Part shown: in pieces, positions 1-7,930 of the stretch | Layout: every line of letters starts with the position of its first letter | Numbering within the stretch: the stretch's first letter is position 1 | Assembly: GCF_006345805.1 (NCBI RefSeq) | Contig: NW_021828503.1 | Coordinates: 1 to 8,102 of the forward strand | Reading direction: 5' to 3' | Source of the DNA: Octopus sinensis | Lineage: Eukaryota | Length of the DNA stretch: 8,102 bases | The notes under the pieces: generated by a model | What the model was told of the DNA's origin: nothing | The model's input: only the letters and a program-made list of their open reading frames with translations | The model's database searches: none | Translations under genes and position numbers: made by a program

Positions 1-395
1 TATATAATATATATTATATGTATACATATGTATATATATTATATAAATATATAGATATATATATACATATACATACACATATATATACGCATATATATTA
101 TCTGCATACATATGTATATAGATTATATGAATACATATATATATAAATATAGATATAGATATATACATAAACGTACATATATACACATATATGATATTAT
201 ATATATATATGATTATATATATATATATATTATACATATGTATATATATACATAAGTACATATATAAACATATACATGTATATCACATTCTATATATACA
301 TATTATATTATATATATATGCATATATATACTGCCAAAATGCATACATTGTATATATACATATATTATTTGTATGAGTTGTGCGTGTGTGTATAT
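1..395. repeat. Degenerate (TA)n / TACA compound microsatellite ending in a short (GT)n
   Basis: Almost continuous TA dinucleotides with scattered C/G interruptions; ORF 191-376 (I/Y-rich) is a by-product. Confidence 0.95.
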
Positions 396-795
396 GTAAG
401 TATAATTAATTAATTAAGATATGAAAACACAAAAAAAGATTAATAATAATAATAAGATTTTGAATTTTGCTTAAACGTGTTTCTGGAATTTTATCCAAAA
501 AGTTGAAAATCTCCAATTATGGAAAAACAACCGGCAGCTAATGAGCAAAACCGTTCGTATTTCCATCGAAGAATTACATTATTCAATAGCATCCAATTAT
601 AAACATTAGTAATTATTTTTATTGTTTATGAAAAATTCTTGCTTCTTTTACTCAAAATATGTCTATAGGCAGAAAGAGAGAGAGAGAGGAATCTCTTTTC
701 GTTAACGCTTAATTACACACACAACATTAAAACAAATATATACTGCATACATGCGTATATGTATAGATATTCTCTCCGTTGTTTCTCCCAACTCC

Positions 796-812
796 ATATA
801 TTTATATATACA

Positions 813-890
<78 letters not shown>

Positions 891-896
891 TATACA
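796..896. repeat. Pure (TA)n of about 34 units followed by short (CA)n
   Basis: Uninterrupted TA run from about 815 to 882, then CACACACA. Confidence 0.97.
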
Positions 897-1017
897 CTAA
901 TTCCCTCCTTCTTGTTTTAATTAGCTAACTTATACGCATAGAAATATTTACATGTAATGTTGTACATTTTTCTCGTTTAATTAATTACTTTTTAAAATAG
1001 ATGAATTTATAAATTAG

Positions 1018-1225
1018 TACACACACACACACAATCATAGAGACACAGTATACATTCGTATACACACACACATACATATATATACATATTTATATACATA
1101 TGTATACACACGCACACACGCACATATGTATATATAAATACATACATGTATACAGACATGCATATATAGATACATATATATATATTCAAACATAATATTA
1201 TGTATGTGTGTGAGCGTTTGTGTGT
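1018..1225. repeat. Compound (CA)n/(TA)n/(TG)n microsatellite
   Basis: Alternating CA, TA, TACA and GT runs. Confidence 0.9.
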
Positions 1226-1309
1226 TGAAAGAGAGAGTGAGAGATAACAGACCATATCTGTGCTGTGAAGACGAAGATGTCATATCTAGCTATATGCAGC
1301 AAATCCTGT

Positions 1310-1410
1310 CTACACACACACAGACACACACACATACACACACACACTCACACACACACAAACACATATTTTTCTTTCTCTCTCTGTCTTACACACACAC
1401 ATCTTTCTCT
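1310..1410. repeat. (CA)n and (CT)n microsatellite
   Basis: ACACAC run at about 1310-1362, then TCTC/ACAC. Confidence 0.9.
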
Positions 1411-1680
1411 TTCTTATTTCTTTACTACCCACAAGGGGCTACACACAGAGGGCTACAAACAAAGACGGACAAACGGATTAAGTCGATTAGATCGATCCCA
1501 GTGCGTATCTGGTACTTATTTAATCAACCCCGAAAGGATGAAAGGCAAAGTCGATCACGGCGTAATTTGAACTCAGAACGTAACGGCAGACGAAATACTG
1601 CCACGCATCTCGTAAGGACGGATGAAATTCCGCTAAGCACTTTGCCCAGCGTGCTATCGATTCTGCCAGCTCACCACGTT
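1410..1680 (-). mobile_element. tRNA-derived SINE, family A (chimeric head)
   Basis: Minus strand reads head GTGGTGAGCTGGCAGAATCGATAGCACG (A-box-like), GAGTTCAAATT (B-box-like), central CTTTGCCTTTCATCCTTTCGGGG block and tail CCCCTTGTGGGTAGTAAAGAAATAAGAAA. Clearly homologous to the three units at 3621-4250. Carries an extra 32-nt head segment. No TSD seen. Confidence 0.9.
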
Positions 1681-1702
1681 AATAATAATAATAATAATAA
1701 TG

Positions 1703-1757
<55 letters not shown>
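1681..1757 (+). repeat. (AAT)n tract 1
   Basis: About 25 AAT units with one GAT variant. Confidence 0.98.
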
Positions 1758-1957
1758 GGTTTAAAACAAGGTTTAAAACAAACATAATTTTCGGGGTTTT
1801 TTTCTTTTTTTTTTAGACATTCACTAGTACAACACCAAAAAAAAAAATATATGGCACACTAGGCATAACAACAACATGAACTTCCAACCTGTTGTCTCTT
1901 GAGGTCTCTGGGTGAGACTTGGAGCCAACTTGTACAAATATAAAGCAAAAGTCAAAC

Positions 1958-1960
<3 letters not shown>
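1756..1960 (+). mobile_element. Probable 3' UTR fragment of a TAA-tailed non-LTR retrotransposon (R4/Dong-like)
   Basis: Non-coding segment between two (AAT)n tracts. Shares the TGAGGTC-N9-GACTTG motif (1900-1921) with the 3' end of the RLE fragment at 2415-2435. Family assignment is inferred from this motif and the position. Confidence 0.6.
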
Positions 1961-2512
<552 letters not shown>

Positions 2513-2532
2513 TAATAATAATAATAATAATA

Positions 2533-2577
<45 letters not shown>
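2513..2577 (+). repeat. (AAT)n tract 3 (tail or target of the LINE fragment)
   Basis: About 21 AAT units with one extra A. Confidence 0.98.
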
Positions 2578-2578
<1 letters not shown>

Positions 2579-2788
2579 GGCTACTCAACCCGAAGAAAAT
2601 TCTAACTGGGCCCCCACCTGCAAGGTCATGTGCTGTTAATCTTGATATGAGATCACCATGTCACGCACATATGATTGTGATACATGTGCCTGGTTTACGC
2701 TTATCAGACGGATAGTAATGATGGGTATACTGGGCTTCCTATATTCTACCCCAGTGTCAATTTGATGGCATGCACTGCTCTCTCACTC
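2578..2788 (+). mobile_element. Probable 3' fragment of another TAA-tailed retroelement (family unassigned)
   Basis: A 211-bp complex-sequence segment, richer in GC than its flanks, bounded by (AAT)n on both sides like its two neighbours. No recognisable ORF. Confidence 0.5.
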
Positions 2789-2803
2789 AATAATAATAAT
2801 AAA

Positions 2804-2868
<65 letters not shown>

Positions 2869-2880
2869 TAATAATAATAA
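2789..2880 (+). repeat. (AAT)n tract 4
   Basis: About 30 AAT units with minor variants. Confidence 0.98.
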
Positions 2881-3029
2881 GCTCTTTTGTACGACGCCCC
2901 GCTCTCCGCCTTTGTCTATGCCGTAATAGTGACCTTCAAGAACAAAATTTCGAAGCATTAGCTATTAAGGAAAGAACACCGAACTGTTTTAACAGATGTA
3001 CTCATTGTCACACAAGCTCTTGCACATTG

Positions 3030-3105
3030 CGTATGTGCGTGTGCACATGTGTTTGTGTGTGTCTGAGCGTATGCATGTGTGCGTGTGTGCTTGTATGTAA
3101 GTGCT
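3030..3105. repeat. Degenerate (GT)n/(GTGC)n microsatellite
   Basis: GTGTGCGTGTGCACATGTGTTTGTGTGT... pattern. Confidence 0.85.
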
Positions 3106-3437
3106 AGGTTGTTTCTCGCACTCACCCCCTTTCTCTAGATTCACTTCTAATTACATGGACTCCCATGCAGTTTTTACAATTCCTTACTGTCCTTTAATCA
3201 TCAGTACGCAAGAACCCTCTACATCCACAAGCAAGCGGCCTAGATACCACACACGAGACTTTTCAAAAACCTATTTCTAACCATGCAGATTTTCTGAATC
3301 TACTGCAATGCTGTTTGTTATTACAAGTTAGTTTCATTTAAAGTGTATATTTCTTCTCATTCACTGAGATATTATTACTACAAAACTATGTCAGTCAAAA
3401 ACCTGCAGGATACAGTTACTACAAGTATCAAAGATAA

Positions 3438-3501
3438 ATCGTGTCACCGGTTTCTCTATCGTGTTACCGGCTTCTCTATCGTGTCACTGGCTTCTCCATC
3501 G
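3438..3501 (+). repeat. Minisatellite, 20-bp unit x about 3.2 (ATCGTGTCACCGGCTTCTCT)
   Basis: gtgtcaccggtttctctatc / gtgttaccggcttctctatc / gtgtcactggcttctccatc at 3441, 3461 and 3481, with no spacers. Confidence 0.9.
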
Positions 3502-3620
3502 ATAAATTTAATGTATGGTTAACCCAAAGCAATGTGAATAAATAAGCTTTACATCTGATGAAGTAATCTGAATGTTAAACGGTTAAATCATCCGTGTCTG
3601 GCCCAAATATTATACCTGTT

Positions 3621-4250
3621 TCTTTATTACCCACAAGGGGCTAAACATAGAGGGGGCAAACAAGGACAGACAAACGGATTAAGTCGATTACATCGACCCC
3701 AGTGCGTAACTGGTACTTAATTTACCAGCCCCGAAAGGATGAAAGGCAAAGTCGATCACGGCGGAATTTGAACTCAGAACGTAGCAGCAGATGAAATACC
3801 TATTTCTTTACTACCCACAAGGGGCTAAACACAGAGGGGACAAACAAGGACAGACAAACGGATTAAGTCGATTACATAGACCCCAGTGCGTAACTGGTAC
3901 CTAATTTATCGACCCTGAAAGGATGAAAGGCAAAGTCGACTTCGGCGAAATTTGAACTCAGAACGTAACGGTAAGCGAAATACGGCTACGAATTTCACCC
4001 GGCGTGCTAACGTTTCTTATTTCTATATTGCCCACAAGGGGCTAAACATAGAGGGGACAAACAAGGACAGACAAACGGATTAAGCCGATTACATCGACCC
4101 CAGTGCGTAACTGGTACTTAATTTATCAGCCCCGAAAGGATGGAAGGCAAAGTCGACCTCGGCGGAATTTGAACTCAGAACGTAACGACAGACGAAATAC
4201 GGCTACGCATTTCGCCCAGCGTGCTAACGGTTCTGCTAGCTCGCCGCCTT
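3621..4250 (-). mobile_element. Head-to-tail trimer of SINE family A flanked by one 18-bp TSD
   Basis: Units at about 3621-3799, 3800-4017 and 4013-4250; only the last has a full head (AAGGCGGCGAGCTAGCAGAACCGTTAGCACG; B-box-like at 4164-4176). TSD: CCAAATATTATACCTGTT (3603-3620) and CCAAATATTACACCTGTT (4251-4268), one mismatch. Confidence 0.92.
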
Positions 4251-4419
4251 CCAAATATTACACCTGTTAATCAAATCAGTCAGATCTAACCTTTCACACT
4301 TACCCTACAATGTTATTCTAATAAACAAACAATCATTTCACTGAAATCTTGAAGTTATAAGATAATGTGTAATTAACTCAAAACAATTTCTATAAATAAG
4401 CATTACTTTTAATGATGTA

Positions 4420-4581
4420 CCCTATTTTAATATGTATAAGGAAACCCCTAACTTTTGAGGCTTAAAATTTGGAAGAAAGATTTTGTAAGGGATTAAAATA
4501 CTATCCATGTATAAGAAACTCCCATATTTCAAAACCTAATATTTGACAAAAAAAGGGTTCCTTATACACATTAAAATACGG
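4420..4581. mobile_element. 162-bp TA-flanked MITE, Tc1/mariner superfamily (pogo/Tigger-like termini)
   Basis: Left end TA|CCCTATTTTAATATGTATAAGGAAACCC; reverse complement of the right end TA|CCGTATTTTAATGTGTATAAGGAACCC (about 27-bp TIR, 2 mismatches plus 1 indel). TA duplication at 4418-4419 and 4582-4583. Removing it restores the host repeat end (GATG-TA-ATCTGAATATTAAAGGCTTAA). Confidence 0.85.
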
Positions 4582-4989
4582 TAATCTGAATATTAAAGGC
4601 TTAAATCAGCCATATCCAACCTTTCACACTTACCCTACAATGTTATACTAAAAAACAAACGATCCTATCATTGAAATCTTGAAGTTATATAAAATAATGC
4701 ATAATTAACTCCGAAGAATTTCAATAAATAAGCATTACATTTGACAGAATAAGCCGAATGCTAAAAGGTTAAGCTTTCTCTAAACCGACATCTTTTGAAT
4801 TCAGAAATACTTTCCCGTTTTGTAATTTATAAAATATTTACAATCCATTAATCTTGAGGATGTTTGGTTTTTAATTTCCGATGGATTAATTTGTTTATAA
4901 ATCAAATTCCTTTCTGTTTATTATCTTCAGATACAGTCGTTCGTCGTTCTCCAACTGAATTTTACTCTCTCGCTTTTTAGTTAAATAGA

Positions 4990-5220
4990 GGAGGCGCAAT
5001 GGCCCAGTGGTTAGGGCAGCGGACTCGCGGTCGGAGGATCGCGGTTTCGATCCCCAGACCGGATGTTGTGTGTGTTTATTGAGCGAAAACACCTAAAAGC
5101 TCCACGAGTTTCCGGCACTGGTTTGGTGGCGACCCCTGTTGTACTCTTTCGCTCCAACTTTTTCTCACTCTTTCTTCCTGTTTCTTGGGTAACGCTGCGA
5201 TGGACTGGCGTCCCGTCCAG
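4990..5220 (+). mobile_element. tRNA-derived SINE, family B (3'-truncated; V-domain-like 3' segment)
   Basis: A box TGGCCCAGTGG (5000-5010), B box GGTTTCGATCC (5043-5053). Positions 4990-5177 are homologous to 7703-7888 (inverted). Ends in GCTGCGATGGACTGGCGTCCCGTCCAG, which resembles the V-SINE conserved block as I recall it. Confidence 0.88.
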
Positions 5221-5453
5221 ATGAACACTCCACAGACACATGTACCCTTAACATAGTTTTCTGGTAGATTCAGCGTGGTACAGAATGTGACAAAGTTGAC
5301 CCTTTGAAATAAAGGTACTACTCATTTTTGCCAGCTGAGTGGACTGGAGTAACGTGAAATAAAGTGTCTTGCTCAAGAAGACGACAACGCGTCGCCGGGA
5401 ACTAAACTCACTATCTTACGATCGTGAACTGATTACCCTAACCATTAAGCCAC
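5221..5453 (-). mobile_element. tRNA-derived CORE-like SINE, family C (3'-truncated)
   Basis: Minus strand reads GTGGCTTAATGGTTAGGG (A box), GAGTTTAGTTCCC (degenerate B box), then TCTTGAGCAAGACACTTTATTTCAC...CAGTCCACTCAGCTGGCAAAAATGAGTA, a CORE-like block. Abuts family B tail-to-tail. Confidence 0.8.
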
Positions 5454-6001
5454 ATCGTTGGTATACATTAAAAGAGAATAGTAAAGATCAGCTACCAATG
5501 TTTTGGATAACTCCATCCGGCAATGTTAAGGCATTGTGCTATCAAAATCCATGCTAAGTAACATTTGAGTTTGGTTTTATGTATAATTGCAATATTGCCT
5601 TAGAAAAGCTCCTGCTTGCATAATACACATTGATGTACCAAAAGGTGAGCGACCATTCGAAACAGCAGTAAAGAACCGACTTGATATAGTCCCTAGTCAA
5701 AAGACACCTGTTGTTACGTCCTGTTATTGTTTTTATTGTACTTATATTCGTGTAACATTGTCCGTTTTTTTTTTCCATTTTAGTATTTGTATACATTCGC
5801 TGCTTTCTTCCAAGGGTATGACCAGATTGGAGCAATCTCAAGAATAATCAGCCGAAATTGCGAGGATAATCTGGTGCTTAACTGAAGAAAGAAAACTTCG
5901 AATGACCCGTCCTTGTTTTCTTTGTATCGTGTATTTGGATGTTTTGTTGTCCCTTTTTGTATCACCTAACTGTCCGGATGTTTTGCGTTCTTGTCCCATT
6001 T

Positions 6002-6003
<2 letters not shown>

Positions 6004-6078
<75 letters not shown>
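6004..6078. repeat. (TA)n-(TG)n compound microsatellite
   Basis: About 15 TA units then about 22 TG units. Confidence 0.97.
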
Positions 6079-6080
<2 letters not shown>

Positions 6081-6155
6081 TGTATACGCAACTCTTCACA
6101 TAAATGCCTTGTTTACGCCTGTTATCATTTATCTGTCTCCTTCCGTTTCTCTGAG

Positions 6156-6181
6156 CACAAACACACACACACACACACACG
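6156..6181. repeat. (AC)n microsatellite
   Basis: ACACAC run. Confidence 0.95.
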
Positions 6182-6321
6182 CATATTTGTGAATATTCTT
6201 ATGTACTTAAATGCTAAACATTTGTAAAGTTTTACATGTTTCAACAATAACATTCGTAGCTAGCATCTGTACGTATATAAGCCTGTATGTATTTGTGCGT
6301 TTGTGTATGTCCATGTGAGTG

Positions 6322-6333
6322 TATATATCTATC

Positions 6334-6371
<38 letters not shown>

Positions 6372-6380
6372 TGTGTGTAT
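6322..6380. repeat. (TA)n-(TG)n compound microsatellite
   Basis: TATATATCTATCTATATATGTGTGTG... pattern. Confidence 0.93.
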
Positions 6381-6506
6381 TTGTATGTCTGAGTTGGAGT
6401 TTACGTTTATCTCTCGTAACTGAAAATGCTAACGTTTGATTTCGTTGCTATTTCTAGCAGGTCTCATGTGAAGACTCCTCCGTAGGCTAGCGTTAGAAGA
6501 TCCCCG

Positions 6507-6564
6507 ACATACATACATGCGTATGTACGTTTGCATGTATGCATGTATGCATGTATATACATAC

Positions 6565-6597
<33 letters not shown>

Positions 6598-6788
6598 CTT
6601 ACATACATACATACGTACATATATATATATATACTTACATACATACATACGTACATATATATATATATTATATATATATATATTATATATATATACATAC
6701 ATACATACATACATATATATATATTATATATATATAATATATATATATATATAATATATATATATGTTGTGTGTGTGTGTGTGTGTGT
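6507..6788. repeat. Compound (TACA)n/(TA)n/(TG)n microsatellite with an internal 36-bp duplication
   Basis: ACTTACATACATACATACGTACATATATA.. occurs at 6597 and 6633. Confidence 0.93.
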
Positions 6789-6799
6789 CAAACAGTGAC

Positions 6800-6895
6800 A
6801 ATAGCTGCAGGAGCAACAACAAACCAGCAAAGGCAACGGTACCAACAACAACAACAATAACAACAGCAACCGCAACAGCAAAACGAACAAAATAG
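6800..6895 (+). repeat. Degenerate (CAA/CAG)n trinucleotide repeat
   Basis: CAACAACAACAACAATAACAACAGCAACCGCAACAG; the poly-Q frame is broken by TAA/TAG. Confidence 0.8.
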
Positions 6896-7081
6896 ACATG
6901 GGGATACCAGTTTTTTTTAACGAGTAATCTATTTAACTGTTAAAAATTTTGCTGAATATTAAGTTTTAGAGCAGATGGACACCAGGAAAGTTATTATTGA
7001 GATTCAAAAGTAGATGAAAAGAAAATGTAGGGCCTATTTTATTTGGTAAATAGAAAAAATGAACAAATATAAAGAAAATAC

Positions 7082-7282
7082 CACATAGGGGGGATGTCTG
7101 AAAGTTACCCCCTTCATTCAAGTCTCCTTTATAAAGAACCAGTTCAAGGTTATATACGGTTGTTATATTGTTTGCTAAAAACGGAAATAACTGTGTTGCT
7201 AACGATGTGCCATCCCACCCATCCGCCACGTATTCCTTTCAATTAGGGGTAGCCACCCCACCAACGTCAGCACGCAGATTCA
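7082..7282 (-). other. Candidate exon or pseudo-exon (201 nt, phase 1-1) with one in-frame TGA
   Basis: Minus strand has a polypyrimidine tract plus CAG acceptor (7283-7285) and a G|GTATTT donor (7081). The island is richer in GC than its flanks, and the reading frame is open except for TGA at 7241-7239. No recognised protein family. Confidence 0.3.
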
Positions 7283-7345
7283 CTGACGAATGAAAAAGAA
7301 AAGAAATAGAATAAAATACGGTATAATTAATATATACGTGTTAAA

Positions 7346-7538
7346 AAGGTTGCGTGCTGGCAGAGTCGTTAGAAACGCCGGTTAAAATGCTTAGCTGCAT
7401 TTCTTCCGTCCGGTCGTTCTGAGATCAAGTTCACCCGCGGCCGACTTTGTCTTAGACTGCAATCGAATCCTGGGGATTGACTTAATCGCCAAGCCCCGTC
7501 CCGCTAAAAATTGCTGGCCTCGTACCAAAAATTCGGAA
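7346..7538 (+). mobile_element. Old, internally deleted SINE of a family A-related subfamily
   Basis: AAGGTTGCGTGCTGGCAGAGTCGTTAG...ATGCTTAGCTGCATTTCTTCCGTCC...GTTCTGAGATCAAGTT...CGACTTTG aligns with the family A head. The TTTCATCCTTTCGGGG central block is missing and the 3' end differs. Confidence 0.7.
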
Positions 7539-7579
7539 GACTATACACATTTAATGCGCCAAGAAGACATGTCTCGAAT

Positions 7580-7888
7580 CACCGTGATCACCGTGACCGA
7601 CCAGGCTATCAGATGTTGCTACACATCGCTGCTCACAATGCGCTTCGCATTGTTTTAGCCTTCAAATGACGCCACCTCGCTGGCTAAGCGAGCAGGCCAA
7701 CAGAAGAAAGAGTGAAAGAAGGTTGTGGCGAGAGAGTACAGCAGGGATCGCCACCACCCCCTGCCGGAGCCTCGTGGAGCTTTAGGTGTTTTCGCTCAAT
7801 AAACACTCACAACGCCCGGTCTGGGAATCGAAACCGCGATCCTACAACCGCGAGTCCGCTACCCTAACCACTGGGCCATTGCGCCTCC
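7580..7888 (-). mobile_element. Full-length tRNA-derived SINE, family B, with a perfect 13-bp TSD
   Basis: TSD ACATGTCTCGAAT at 7567-7579 and 7889-7901. Head GGAGGCGCAATGGCCCAGTGGTTAGG with B box GGTTTCGATTCC. 3' tail ends in a 9-bp tandem repeat (TCACGGTGA x2). Confidence 0.95.
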
Positions 7889-7901
7889 ACATGTCTCGAA
7901 T

Positions 7902-7930
7902 ACGCACATACATACACACACACGCATATA
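7902..7930. repeat. Short (CA)/(TA) microsatellite
   Basis: ACGCACATACATACACACACACGCATATA. Confidence 0.8.

Larger units (their letters stand above)
3519..4772 (+). mobile_element. Tandem array of three partial copies of a TTAA-bounded MITE-like repeat (piggyBac-like ends) containing two nested insertions
   Basis: Units 3519-3586, 3583-4604 (interrupted) and 4601-4772 share TTAA junctions and the same 3' end (AATAAATAAGCATTAC...AATCTGAATG(C/T)TAAA.GGTTAA). Units 2 and 3 share AACCTTTCACACTTACCCTACAATGTTAT...GAAATCTTGAAGTTAT. The array starts TTAACCC and ends AGGTTAA. Confidence 0.65.

Noticed and set aside
191-1570. ORFs rich in I/Y/C/V/H/T (191-376, 702-887, 1007-1255, 1035-1283, 1204-1764, 1265-1570)
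   Set aside because: They are translations of dinucleotide microsatellites and SINE sequence with no protein-like composition.
3139-3280. Good + strand acceptor (CCCCCTTTCTCTAG at 3138) followed by a 46-codon open frame
   Set aside because: The frame ends in TAA with no convincing donor, and the peptide is not recognised.
3438-3501. CRISPR-like appearance of short repeats
   Set aside because: The units are directly adjacent with no spacers, there are no cas genes, and the context is eukaryotic.
3621-4250. Regularly spaced ~200-bp repeats as a satellite or CRISPR array
   Set aside because: They are SINE monomers with pol III boxes and a flanking TSD.
4990-5065. Possible tRNA gene (also 7815-7888, 5385-5453 and 4160-4250)
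   Set aside because: A and B boxes are present but I could not form a full cloverleaf with an acceptor stem, and each continues into SINE body sequence.
6800-6895. Poly-glutamine coding exon
   Set aside because: The Q frame is broken by TAG/TAA and there is no supporting splice structure.
5961-6899. ORFs 5902-6192, 5962-6180, 5991-6227, 6429-6899, 6493-6714, 6517-6798 and 6539-6754
   Set aside because: They are dominated by (TA)n, (TG)n and (TTG)n repeat translations.
7085-7125. SECIS-like hairpin on the minus strand (ATGAAGGGGGTAA...CCCCCC)
   Set aside because: It lacks the 3' GA needed for the non-Watson-Crick quartet, and it lies inside the candidate exon rather than in a 3' UTR.
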